A stretch of 63,577 bases of DNA, counting the filler, from Sphacelaria rigidula (taxonomy: Eukaryota): the NCBI GenBank assembly GCA_964200075.2. It is 5 parts of 5 records of this genome, joined end to end, with 100 filler letters (N's around TTAATTAATTAA, not from the genome) between each part and the next. Parts side by side here need not be neighbours in the genome. Positions count along the whole stretch, not along the records: positions 12,740 to 25,375 come from CAXNAA020003547.1; positions 25,476 to 38,110 come from CAXNAA020003548.1; 3 more parts are not named here. One strand, 5' to 3'. Positions 12,805 to 25,704 of this stretch are shown in pieces. The notes under the pieces were generated by a model that was given only the letters and a program-made list of their open reading frames with translations, was not told the DNA's origin and did not search any database. The stretch's first letter is position 1, and each line of letters opens with the position of its first letter. Both the position numbers and the translations under genes were made by a program.

Positions 12805-15800
12805 GACGCCGACGGCGCAGTTGTAGGGCTACGAGAAGCAATACCACATCGTTTTGTGGCTACACACAACAACAGCGTTTCGACAACAGGAAACACGCTA
12901 GTCTACCTGGAGGGCATCGCAGCTATGAAGGTATGCAATAGTACTTGGCATCATCGATTATTCATGAATACTGGGAACTAATCTGGACTCTGTCTTACAC
13001 GTCAACGGCAAACAAAAACCTCGAACATCTCCACGTCGAAGCGAATCTGCCGTAATGTACAATACTAACATGCGTGAGCACTCTGAAGATGCTTAGGACA
13101 GAGGATAGTACGAGCACGAGCAGTTTGAGGTACTAATACTCCAGGTACTCTGGAATGCCCGGTTTATTCGGTGCACGATGTCCAGGTACTCTGGAGTACT
13201 CAGTATATTTCGGCAGGCGATACCCCGGGTACTTCAAAGTACCCTGTATTTCCGGCAATTGATAGTCCACAAACTCCGGAATAGCCAGTATTTCCGGTGG
13301 GCGATACCCCAGGTACTCTGAATTACCCAGGATTTTGGTATTTCCGGCAGGCGATACTTGAGGTGTCCCGGAATACTCTATACTTTCTCCCGGCGATACT
13401 CCAGGTACTGAGGAGTACTGAGTATTGAGAATACTCTGAGAATCCAGAGTACCTGGAGTATCGTACTCTATCTTAAGCACTACTGGCTGGGTTCTGGGTA
13501 CTTTGAAATACCTTGTGTTGTCCACTATACTGGTTACCTACTACGGTTTGCACGAGTTTGCTTTCCACGCCGCTGCGCGCTACTCTACTGTTGCACGATG
13601 GTACTGTGGGTTTGTTGATGATGAGATGCGGGGGGGAAGTCTGAAGTTCGGCGTGGGTTCTACGGGTATGTCAATTGAAGGTATGATTCACGCTTCACTG
13701 TAAGGTCGAACGCTCACTGCCCTGTACACAGCACAGCATTTTGTCCAGTAGTGGCGAGTGAGTATACCTCACAGAACCCCACGATGCTCACCACTTTCGA
13801 TGTTCGATACTCTCTGAAACAATTAGTATTTTCGACAGTCAATATTCCCGGTACTCCGAACTACTCAGTATTTTGCACAGTCGATACTACGGGTGCTCTG
13901 AAACCCTCAGTATTTTTTACAATCGATACTTCAGGTACCCAGGTACTCTGGAGTACTCGACATTTTCGGCGCGCGATAGTCTCTGAAATACTCAGCACTT
14001 TCGGCAATCGATACTCTGCGTACCCTGGAACACCCAGTGTCTTCGGCAGGCGATACTCCGGGTACACTGGAACACCTAATATTTTCGACAGGCAATACTG
14101 CAAGTGGTCCTGAATACTCCTCAAGCACAAGATACGAAAAATACCCTGGGAGCCGAGGGCATCTGGCGTATCGTACTCTACCCTAAGCACCTTTGGAGTC
14201 ATCCACACTCAACCTGCCGTAAACACCGTCCAATCCTCTCTACTCCGCGTCTTGCAGATGTCCGCAAATACCGTTATCCTCGGAGGGTCGACGTCCGCTA
14301 CCTTAACCGCGTATAGATATTTGGCAGCGGGAAACACCACGTCGTTTGAACCATCAACAACGATCGAGGTGACTGTGAATAGTCTATAATACCTTGTACA
14401 TTTTCACGTAACAACGTCACTGCCACAAAGTATAGGGCAGGAGCGCAGCAGAATATGTAACGTACTTGGCAACAACAACGAAGTGCGGAACATAGACACG
14501 GTTGACTTGTCGGCACTTGAGCGAGTTTCTAACGCTCAACGCCAAAGGCACATTCGCGCACAATCGGCACATGATGATAGCATATATATTTCATGTCCGG
14601 TACAATAGTTTGAACACCGCGAAGGCATCTGGTTGAGCTTGATCGTGCTGGCAGAAGCAACGAGAACTCCACGTGCGGCTTTTCACCGATCTTTTTGTAC
14701 TTCGGAGAATACATAGCCCCCAGAATGTGGTACTAGGATTGCGATACTGCACGAAGCACACCTTGAAAATTCACGTTATACACTTCCTTCGCCTTTGAAC
14801 GCCCGTAGCGCCGAATGCGTTCACAGCGCAAAGCTATGCTTGTAGACTTACATGCGGGATGTGTTGTCGTCCGTCGCTTCTCGGTTAAACCTGCTCCTTA
14901 TGGAACCAAGATTTTGAATGGGACCGTCAGGCTGGATTTACAGGTCAACAACTGGCCTTTCTGCACCCCGTTCGGATGGTTTGGGGGTGTACCATGCACA
15001 ACAGATGCCCAAGATATCCTCCTCGAGCTTCCGGGAGCCTTGCCCAAACCTCCAACCCCTCCCCCTCCCCACACACTCTTCCTACCGAAATGCAACGGGG
15101 ATCATGTAGCCACGCTACGCTTCGTATGCGATCCCAGACTTCGGGAATGCCTTAATCCGGGTTCAATAAAGTTCTACTTGGGGGAGGCTGACCAGGCTGT
15201 AAACCGTGCGCCAAATTTGGCAACAATAATGTCAAACAGCACAGACGGCGAGGAGGCTCTCAAGATCGGCAAGGAGACGGGATGGTACGAGTACAATGTC
15301 ACTCGTGCGGAGCTCGGCGGTTTCCTGAACATTTCTGAATTGACACCAGGGCTCGACTACGTGTTTTGGTCCGTGTGGGGTCAGGAGTACGGATCAAATG
15401 TGGAATTCAACACCCGAGAGTTCGACTTGAACCGCACTCAGTACTGGTGAGAAGAAGCGCAGCGTCTGTGACTTTTCTTGCCTACTGTTAACAGGCGAGC
15501 GACTACGATTCCCCTTTACGTTTCCATATTTGAGCACAAATATGCTAACGCAGGAAAGACCACCCGATCACACAGGCTGAATGCAGAATTCTGACGTCTG
15601 GGCAATGAACAACCGACAAAACAGGGGCATTCATGCCTCCGGTGGTGTGAAAGTCGATCGACATAAAAACACGATATTTCTTTATGCACACATCTAGTCC
15701 ATCGAGTGCGTTTCACTGCTCCCACACTTCCACCCGCACACACCCCACGTTTCGCCTCGAAATCAGGCAATGCCCCGGTACAACAATCTCACGAAACTTC

Positions 15801-18800
15801 GAGAGCGGAAATTCGCTGAGTGCGTCTTTCGCGGTGAAGGGATCATCTCCAACTATGGTCGCTGCTTGCGGTGACCATTCTCCCATACCATCCCCAGCAG
15901 CAACGGCCGCGGAAAGCTACGGCAAGAATGACGGGAGCGTCGATAGCGACCTCGTCGTACCTTTCACTTCTACGAATCATTCTAGAGCTCGACACAGACG
16001 GCTGTATAGTCCGGAAAACTGGAATCAAGCTGCTGAAGCGACTCGACGCACCCTTTACGGAGATACCGAGGCATTTTGTGTCAATGATGACGACGGCCGC
16101 GGCAACGAGAGCACAGAGTGGACATGGGGTGGGGCGAGGGGAGGGGCAAGCTTTGCGCCGGGAGACCGCTCGAGGATTCGGTTCTCAAGCGGAGTGCGGC
16201 TGGATGGAGATTGGTTTCCTCTGCCCGAGGGTACTTCGACCGCCAATGATGAGGGGGAGGTCGTGACTGTCGTCGACAAGTTTCGGTCGAGGGCAGTGTA
16301 TTCGATGCTTCTATATCTCGCCGACGAAGTGGATGTGGTGGATGAATCATCGTTAAAACAAGAGCGTGATGACAAAAGTGAGTCTCGAAGGATATTCTAA
16401 ACTCGTCGCGTCTATTAGTTTACTACTCCGTTTCGTAAGCGTGAGCAGGGTTTGATGCGAGCCAATCGAACTGTGTTTGATGTGTACACCACAACGTTCA
16501 GAGCTCCCGCCTTTTGAGTTTGCTCTCAGACGCATCGGCCGTCTGTCGTGCCGCAGGTTGTGGATATACCCTTGAGAGTATCCTGCATTGTCGTGCACTG
16601 TGTCCGTGATTCGGGGACATATAAAAAATGCCAGCGGCACCTGCGATACCATGGCATGTCCTACTGGCACCTGCTCAGGCTCCACTAACCCGAACCCGAA
16701 CCTTAACCCTGATCCTAATTCCAACCCTTGAACTGTCACACCAGTTCTGAACGTTGCGTTCGCTACTTGTCGCCACTTTTTCCGACTTACGAGGTACCAG
16801 TGGCATATCCCACCGCCACTTCCCAGGTGCCACTAGCACCATGCACTAGAAGGAATCAGCGTGAATCTTGAAGCCAAGCGAATACACGACAGATAGGTCA
16901 CATGTTATACGGACGCGGCGAATCGGTGCTCATCCAGAAGACTTAGGCATTCACCTGTGGAAGGAGTATTCCAGATGAGACACTAGCAACAAATCCTTCA
17001 GGTTTCTGTCGCGAAATCACCGTAGAGCTGATGGTGTCCTTCGCATGATCTTGACTACCGTGTTCTTATCTCGCATTCGCAAAACGTCGGCGATCCCGTT
17101 ACACGTGTTCAACATCTGCAGCGGCCATGTGGGTGGCAATAGCCTTTAGTGGTCTCATGCTGTGGCTTCTGGGTTGCTGCGCCCTTCATCAGATCGAGGG
17201 TAGCCACGCCGCTAGAACGTGGCCGGCAGCCATCGCAAGAGCACAAGGTATGAGCCATCCACTAATGACTGTTTTCTTTCAAACACAATTAGTTGTATAT
17301 GTTATCCATGGCCTTTGTCCCACCTGTGTCTCCAGTATATCCGGGTGCGAGCGTGTGCGTAGCCCACAGAAGAAGACACCGTAGCACCCGTAACTGAGAG
17401 CGGGTCGAAACGTTTCCCCGTCTGTGTCTTTTTGTCCTCAAGTAATCCAATTCTTGTCGTTCTGTAGCGTGCCTGATCAATCTCCAAGTTTTGAGATTTT
17501 TCGTTCGAAGTTGCAAGCGGAACAGCAACGACACGCGACCGAGGTTCAATAATTATGTACTGGACAGAAGGTGTGGTCGAAAGTGGAGCTTGAATACATT
17601 ATTCGATCGACTGATTGATTGACCGTGGCACTTGTAGCGATCCCCCAGGGATCCAGCCGTGGTCACAGGATAGACGTCCTACAAATAAAACAAAACGGAA
17701 ACACCCGCTGAAGGAAAACGAACAAAACAGGAAGGTCGAACGGACACAAAGAGCAAATTGTTCAAAACCGAAACAAAAGCAAAAGCAAGAACAAAAGCAG
17801 CAAGGGAACCAAATACGAAGACAAAGACAACAGAGGAAAACTAGAAATGGTCGGCCTCTGCACTATGAATTCAGGTGAGAGCGGTCTTGCGCTACACCAT
17901 ACGCATTAATACCCAATCGAGGAGATGGGGGGGGCGGGGAAGCCACAGGGATAGATTGTTGTTAATCTATTTCGGCCACACTATTGTGGGCATGAGCTCT
18001 CACTCATGAAGCTACGGAAGCGAGGCACCAAACGACGACTTGAATACACCGCGAGGGAAAATACACACACATGTATAGAGAGAGATGGGGGAGAAAAAGA
18101 GAACGGAGAAGAGGGAGACTACAAAAGTTATCAATCCCAAGGACACCGCACAGTAAAACAGGAACAAACACACAAACCAGGGAACACCACAAGACCACCG
18201 ACCATGGACAAAATCGACAACCGACAGGAAAAGACAGGGATACATATATACATATTTATACGTCTACATTTAACCGACTCGTGGACGAAACAGGGCACTA
18301 TACTGCTCACAAAACAGCGGCTGTATAATTTCCCCGTCAATTCCCTCTGGTAATCTGCATAACATTCAAAAACTCTTCTTTTCCACGGAACCTTTATCAA
18401 TCAACGGAACACACACCACTGATAAATAAGTCATTTCGCACCGCCTCTTCCCTTCCCCGGTGTTCCTTTCTCCGCCACTTCAACCCTCAACGCCCTCAGC
18501 CCGTGCGCGTGGAATCCTCAAAGATGACGACGACGATACCGCCAACAGCAACTTTGGCACTCCAGATGAAGCCCATCCCCATACTTCCGTGCGCGCCAAC
18601 AAGAATAAGAAGAAGCACCCGCGACCCCCAATGGCCGTCACTCCCACGCCCGGCTTATCTCGAGCAAAGATATTGTTCGACTCTGGTCGCCCCGCCCCGT
18701 TCCATTGTTCCGACGGTACGCGTCTCACGGTGTGGGCGACCCCCCTGGGAGTCGTGGCCCAAGAGGAGTCCTTCACTTCAGCCTCGACACCTGCAAGAGA

Positions 18801-19014
18801 CGCAGAGTTAGGATTGCGGGGAATGGCTTCTTCAGAAGGCACATTTTCCCGTGTGGGGATAGAGGCAGAGTGGGGGATGGCTCAAGATGTCTTGAGAGGG
18901 GGGGGGGCAGGATCCCAAGTAAGCTTGCCAGCATTAGCTGCTCTAGAGAATCAAGGAGCCGACGCTGAAGGGGGTGAGCTTGGTGTGAGGGATGTGCAGG
19001 TCGTCGAGATTTGA
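12805..19014 (+). CDS. Multi-exon gene, 5'-incomplete: predicted single-pass membrane/surface protein of unknown function
   Basis: Phase-compatible exons with AG/GT borders: 12805-12930 (DADGAVVGLREAIPH...AAMK), 14258-14368 (MSANTVILGG...TTIE), 14911-15446 (ILNGTVRLDLQVNNWPFC...TQYW; alternative acceptor at 14944), 15767-16377, 17122-17247 (hydrophobic AMWVAIAFSGLMLWLLGCCAL, a TM helix), 18500-19014 (stop TGA). Codons split across junctions rejoin in frame (tg|g=W, a|cg=T, g|cc=A). The start probably lies in or before the gap at 12640-12739. Confidence 0.75.
13133..14200. repeat. Two direct copies of a degenerate ~37-bp minisatellite element in an intron
   Basis: Blocks ~13133-13530 and ~13790-14200 built from cgatactccaggtactctggagtactcagtat units; both end in gtatcgtactcta(t/c)c(t/c)taagcac. 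Confidence 0.7.
16629..16838. mobile_element. Intronic MITE-like element containing degenerate telomere-like hexamers
   Basis: Imperfect TIRs tgccagcggcacctgcga...actggcacct / aggtaccagt...caggtgccactagca; internal ctaacccgaacccgaaccttaaccctgatcctaa. Confidence 0.55.
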
Positions 19015-20168
19015 CGAGAGTTCTGTTTTCACCTTCAGGGATGTTGTTTGCGGTGGAAGTTGACAGGTATGAGGTGTCAACAGCAGTATCCTGTTGTTGT
19101 GCGATGGAACTATCTTGTGTACGTTTCAACGCTCCCGAACAAGTGTTGTGCTGTAGTCAGAAGAAGGCGCAAGTTATGTGTTTGTGGTGCTTCGAGTATT
19201 TGTCCTTTGCCCTTTTATATTTGAAACTTTTACACGAGAGTGCCCCTGGGTGTCGTTTATGTGTACGGATTTAGATCATCTTTAGTTTTTTTTGTTGGCC
19301 GAGTTTGATTTGCACTGCGGAAGTGTCCTCAGGCACGCAATGTCGGCAAGGTGCGAGGTATAGTACGTGTACGAGTCAGTACAAATTTGATTCATGATCA
19401 GTTCTTTATTCTAGGCTGAGCTTGATTTGCACTGAGGGAACGTCGGGTTGCGCGCAGTGTGGGCAAGGTGCGAAGTAATTTTGAGGTTTAGTGTGGGCAA
19501 GGTGCGAAGCAGTTTTGAGGTTTAACTTCAAGCGTCCGAAGGTAGCTGCGGATCGACACGAAGCTACAGATCAATCGACGAAGTATGACATTCGTTATTA
19601 TCAGACCTCTCGCGAAGGCAGGGGTGTTTTGGTTAGGAGAAATAAGATTGGGGCTCGATAAAGTTTTCCCGTCAAGAACTGTTGGCCCTGCGAGTGCACA
19701 AGATTATTTTTTGCCTTGGGTTTAGAGTGATCGCATAAGTGTAAAGAGGCTAATACACCTCTCGCGAGCGCGATGACAGTTTCGACGGGGGAGAGGTATG
19801 GTTTGTGTATAGGTGCGTGGTCGTGAAAGCAAATTGCAGTTGGGTAAGCTACCCTTTCACGCTGCACCGGTGCAGCGTGCGTATCCGCAACGAAAGCAGC
19901 GCGTGTGAAGCCAAGCCTAGCGTGTTGGAGTGGATACATTTGCAACATGTACCCACCGTGGGGATGGGTACAGAGGTACCTCATGCATAGCGAAGAGTTC
20001 GAGCACGACAGTAAGTAGTCTCCAGTTTATTACGGAGGCATTCGGTATATTTCCATCCCTCCTCTACGCCCGCCAAATACATGATGAAATGAAGAAACAG
20101 CAGCACGGCTTCCCACTTCGTTCCCTGTGCAGGGGAGTACTGGCCTAGCCCTGTATCACTTGATTTCA

Positions 20169-20427
20169 GAGTCATCCTACGATAGGGGTGGGGGGGTGGG
20201 GGAGATCTGATTGCACGAAAAAAGAGGCTCATAGGTGTGTCAGACGACCTGCCACTCCCGGGGTGCGCTTGTCTAGAGTTGAGAACGATGTCAAGCAGTA
20301 TTAATGTGCGTTATATATTTAGGCCAAGCTCGTTCGAACAACCGTTGCAGCTTTCAACGACGATTGGACTTGGAATTTCGTGAAAGAGGTGGCCCGAAAT
20401 TCCCCCCTCCTAATCGTAGGATGACTC
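20169..20427. mobile_element. 259-bp MITE, second Sola2-like family
   Basis: TIRs gagtcatcctacgat / atcgtaggatgactc with a perfect 4-bp TSD TTCA. Confidence 0.85.
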
Positions 20428-21084
20428 TTCACTGAGCAGATCGGATGTAATGCGATCAATCCGATATGGCTAATCTGACAACGGTATAGTGCTACAAAGC
20501 TTTATACCTCAAGGTGTGCATTTTCCACACATGGGGCAACGTTGAGAAGATGCGCCGAAGAACACGGCGCAGAGATGTACACAACAAGTTGTCTTCAGAG
20601 CTGTAGAGGGGCACGTGTACTCACTGTTCAAAGGACGGTGCGGGGTGGGGAAAAACAACCAGGATCGTCAACACGATCGGTCACATTTGAGGCTGATGCT
20701 TTCCACGTGATGAATGAACAACCTGATTATCAGAGGGGCTGGTGCGGCGAGCGATGGCCCGAAGTAAGGCTTTCATCATCATGGGGAGTCATGTGGGTCG
20801 TGCGTCCAACTCTTCAAGTGAACATAGTGCCGGATAAACGTGTGACCACGTGAAAGGTCTTTTAGCTGACTGCATACACAACAAGAAAGCGCCCGTCCAT
20901 CACAGCATAACCGTCACCGTTGCCTCCCTCTGAGGCAGCCCCGCTGTTGTGTAGCGTTGTAATTCTAAAGGGTGTGACATCATTGACCAACGCGCGCAAC
21001 CATATCGGTATTTTGAAAATGCAAAAATCGCTCCTCATCGACCACCGAGAGGTGCAGGAGCTCTCGAGTGTCATCCTGGAAACG

Positions 21085-21380
21085 TTGTTTTTTTTGTCAC
21101 ACTTTGAACCCCCCCCTTTCCTCGCGGTCCGTGGTCTCAAGGGATCAACTCGTCTCTCCCCGGTACACGCCTTGCTTTTTGGTATCGCGGATTGGGTCAG
21201 CACTCCCGCACAGCGTCAACTCCCACAAAAAAAAAACAGTCGGATACTTGTTTACTCACGTACTCACGGTTTCGACGGTGGAAATCGGGTACTACGAAGG
21301 AAAAACCCAAAGCATTGGGAATCGAACCCACGTTCTCTCCACCCCAATGGTGACAGTCGGCCCACAAGACCGCTAGGGGG
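21085..21380 (-). mobile_element. tRNA-derived SINE, second copy
   Basis: Minus-strand head with B-box ggttcgattccc and the same ~90-bp core as 36041-36138. Confidence 0.65.
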
Positions 21381-21664
21381 TGCGGCAGCCTTAATGTTGG
21401 GAACTTTTCTGGCTACATGATGATTTCTCAGAACTCGACTTGGACGACATTGTGATCCATTCCTACAATACCGGAGCAACACGTTTAGTCGCGCGCACAT
21501 GATTACTGTCCAAAAAGAAAATCGAAATTCTGGCCCACGTGCTCATCGACAGCGGACGTCTAACAAACATACGAACGCCAACATCCTGCACACATAAAAT
21601 ACCTCCATGGTAAATACGTCGTAAAAACACGTCACCAATCAAAAACAAAATCTCAGACACGCCC

Positions 21665-24658
21665 CTATAACAACCCACTCCCAACACCGCCATCATCTGG
21701 AGTCCTCTCTACAAGCCTATTCAAACTATCCGACTTTTGTAGCACATTTTCTGAGTCGCCCCCCGAGTCCCCGTCATCCGACTTTTGTAGCACATTTTCT
21801 GTGTCGCCCCCCGAGTCCCCATCATCCGACTTTTGTAGCAAGTTTTCTGTGTCGCCCCCCAAGTCCCCACCCTCTGTTGCTTGCTGTCCTTGACTCCAAA
21901 GTGCAGCCCCTGTAATTGTCGCTGCACCGGCCAACCCTGTCGGCCCGAGGGTCTCCCCTAAAACCAAGTAGGCGAATCCTGCGGCATACACTGGGTCCAT
22001 GGCGTATATGATCGCCGCACGCTCAGCGGGGACGCTTCGCTGCCCCAAGGCCTGCAACCAGTTGGTTAACGCCGTAGTTACGACGGCGAGGTAGGCGATC
22101 AGCGGCGCTTCCGTTCGGATACCCTCTATTGCTAAGCTGGGATCGAGGCCTTGGAATAGCAACTCCCAGGCTGCACGTTGAGAGAGGGGGAGAAAGGGAG
22201 CACAATGCGGGGGAAAAACGAACCGGCAGGTTAAAGTTGGCGACTCATCGATTCAGCGGCAGAGATGGAAGAGTTCTGACAAGAGTATGCGATAGAGCGA
22301 GTGGAGATATTGTAGCATCGGCACATGAAAAAATGAGCACGTATACCTCAAAGAATTCAGAACCGTAGGGTGCATTATGCTTGGCTTGTAGCGTCGACCA
22401 GTCATGACATGGGCAAACACGACTACCCGTGCCGAGTTTTAAAACGATTGTGTCATAGGGTATAGGCATGTACATTACATCGTACTTCCGACAGATAATG
22501 ACGGGGTAGACTCGCGAAAACACCGCACACGAAAAGCGTACCCAGCCGATTCACCTGCCCACAACGTGCACAAGCCAGTCGTCACCCACAAGTTGGCGCT
22601 ATTGAGCTGCGACGCCTCGCATCTCCCTGAGTATTTCTCGAGGCGCAGGATAAACATCGCCGAAGTCGCGGCAGCCAAAACGCTCCAAAGATCTCCAATG
22701 TTCGGCGGGGTTCCGTCTGAAGACAAGAGCACTGTCCCCACAAACGCTAAAATGGCACTAATCCATGTTGGAATCGAGATTCGCCGGCCCTCTAGCAAAT
22801 AGGCGAAGAACGGCACTAACTTCACGTTCAGGTATAATAAAAACGCCGAGCGACTGTGCGTTGGGAAATTCAGAATAAGGTGCAGCAACCAAGATGAGGA
22901 CGGGGGACGGGTGTTGGTGCGTGTGGTTTTGCAGGCAATGGGTGTGTGAGGGGAGTGCTCGTCAGTCTACTGAGAAAACAACATGGCGGTAGGAGAACTC
23001 GCCGACGACATCAACATACAACGAACGCACTTTGCGCAGTATGAACACAACGACTCCCCGGCGTGCCCGAACTTCAACCGCGGTATATAACCCCGAGGTT
23101 GTAGCTGAGCTCATATTTTGCGAGCTTCACCCCCCATGGCATCATGCCGTACACCCCTTGGTTCTCAACGTCTGACTCATGAGTAGTGTTCAACCAAAAG
23201 CACTTGCCGTGATTTTCCAACTGTTTACCCGGAGGTCTGTCGAAAAAAGATTCCTGGACACGTGGACCCCAAGGTCGAAAAATTGAGTTCTTGAGGGGGA
23301 GGGACACCCCGTCTGCTGTCCCCTAGTTTAGTATCGAGGCGTTTGCGGATGCGGTCCGCTACCTTGTACGGAGATCCTTGGCATGGAGAGCGCTGAGATG
23401 TCGGAAACGCCGCCCCCCCCAAGCTCATCACTTACCATGGTTGCATTTATGGGATCACGTTCCGTGTCGTGTGCCTCGAGTACCTACCAGTTGCCCGGGC
23501 AAGTTTGGCGAGCTGTGAGATGATGTAGCTACTTTGGTTGCAGGCTGTCGCTACCGTGCGATCGTGTGAATACAAGTGTGTGAGCGTGACCGGCATCTCA
23601 GGTCATCGGGACAGAGGGAACAAGGAGCAGAAGCAAATACCTCGCAAAGCCCACTAGACTTTCGGTTTTTGTGAGTGTTTCTTGGTAATTTTTTCAACAA
23701 TTGAAAAAAAAAAATGACACGCGGCGGGGGGGCGTGTCTCCGTGCCAGAAAATCTTCTCCCAGCAGACCCTTGCTTCACCCATACTGAATCCATAGTGGC
23801 ACCTGGCGCCCAATGAGTCGACGTACCAGTTCCGAACGAAATGCAACAAGCTCACCTTGCAGTCGTGAAACCTAGACCTACAGCCTGAAAGGCAAAACCC
23901 AAAAACATCCATCCACCCAGCTCCGCCCCCGCCATCCAAGTTTCCCCGACGCCAGCAAAACCGTCTTCGTCTCTAGCAACCGCGGCATCTGCAGTCGGCT
24001 GCTGCTCGCTCGTGGTGACAACCCCTTCCTTCTGTACATCAACAGCGCCAACTGTACTCTGTTGGGAAAATGGCAACGGTGGCGGATTCCGGAAAAGTCC
24101 AGGTGTCCAAGGCGAGAAGAGCAGGGCTGCCAGACCGAACCGAGACAGATTTGTTATGCCCGGGCTGAGATCGCCTTGCAATATAAGCTTTATTACTGCA
24201 TGCTGTGTTCCCCATAACACGGTGACGACGTTGAGCAGCAGCAGGGGTAGCAACGCATCATGAACAGCACTTTCGTCTGGTGGAGGCAATTGCGATGTGC
24301 TTGTTGTTGATGCTGTTGAACTTCTGGTATTCTGCTCAGCAGCAGCAGCCGCACCAGCAACAAAATTATCCCTTGAAGCAGATGAATCTGCTTTGAGCAC
24401 CGAGACGGCATCATCACCGCGAGCAATACAAAGTCTGTTCGTGCTCCTTCGCCTGGTCACCGCTGACGACGTCGCAAAAACGGAGTCACCGCTGGTGTGG
24501 CAGATAAATATCGACAGCTGGCGAGGGGCATTGGGAGTGTGCGCTGATCGAGATGAACGGTTCAGCCCACCCGCTTTGCAATACGTGCTACATGGTTGAC
24601 TCACAAAGCCCGCAGCCGATCCCGCTGTGCTCAGAAGAAAAGTACGAAGCAGTCGCAT
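21665..24658 (-). CDS. EamA/DMT (drug/metabolite transporter) family protein, probably plastid-targeted; 3 exons
   Basis: Exons 24658-23856, 22853-22555 and 22170-21665 with GT-AG borders and matching phases (ag|t=S, g|cc=A). Typical EamA motifs: LWGTQHAVIK, RFGLAALLF, GAELGGWMFLGFAFQAVGLGFTTASRSAFLLYLNVKLVP, GDLWSVLAA, LQALGQRSVPAERAAIIYAMDPVYAAGFAYLVLGETLG. N-terminus MRLLRTFLLSTAGSAAG-FVSQ followed by a Ser/Arg-rich stretch. Confidence 0.9.
21728..21870 (-). repeat. Coding tandem repeat, 3 x 48 bp (GDSGGDTENVLQKSDD), in the EamA C-terminal tail
   Basis: Three near-identical copies of atccgacttttgtagcacattttctgtgtcgccccccgagtccccatc, in frame. Confidence 0.9.
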
Positions 24659-25704
24659 CCGCTGTTCGCTCCGGCTTCGTTGTTGGCGCAAGGAAGTGTT
24701 GCATCTGGTTAGTGTCACGCTGTTTATCAGCCCTTGAAAAAAGCGGAACACAGTGGAGTCGAAGGACTTGATTACGAGGCTATCCCATGTTCTGGTTTCC
24801 AGCTAGATATAATTTAAGTACAAAGTGAAAGATCTTCCAAGAATTTTAACTCAATTCTACGCACCACAACGCACACAACGGTGATGGATACACTTATTGT
24901 ATCACACCTGACACAGCACATGCGCTTCTTGTACAAAGATCGTAGTCATTTTCCATCGCAACCCTGTCGTACAGATGTCCCTGCCTCGTGTTGCAGTATT
25001 ACCAACGCCGTCAAAACGGAACACGATGGGTCCAACAAACTCGATCAAGCACTTGGTATAACTATACAACAGTAAAACTATATCAACATGCATGGCCACC
25101 TTCTTTAAGAACTGTATTTCAACTATACCCACCACAGAGCACAACCAGACGATGCCGGATGGGTATAGGATATTTGATATTTGCGAACGGCACCTGGTAT
25201 AACAAATATAACAAATAGATCTGGATAGATACACTTTTTATGCGCTGACAGGATTGTCATGTTCCATATTAGGATATGAAACACGGTCAGCCAAGGGGCC
25301 CTACAGACTGGAAAACGGTTTATACCCTCCCCCCCCCCCCCGGGGGGGGTGGTCGAGAATGAGGAAAATCGAAAANNNNNNNNNNNNNNNNNNNNNNNNN
25401 NNNNNNNNNNNNNNNNNNNTTAATTAATTAANNNNNNNNNNNNNNNNNNNNNNNNNNNNNNNNNNNNNNNNNNNNGTTGGGAGCTCTCTACCACGACTCA
25501 TACTGCTTGCTACATCAGATACACACCACCTAATAATGCGCACCCTGCACCTGAAAACAGGTTGGGTGAAATTTTCGGTCTTCGTCATAATCCTGCGGTT
25601 ACATACGCGGATTTTCAGCAACACGCCACTGTTTCGTGCAGACGCCAGACACGTCATTCCTGACCAGCCTCATCGGTCGTTCTGCAGGCCCGGTCCCAAA
25701 AGGG

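Noticed and set aside
13133-14208. ORFs with repeated PEYR/GYR peptides
   Set aside because: Translations of an intronic minisatellite element.
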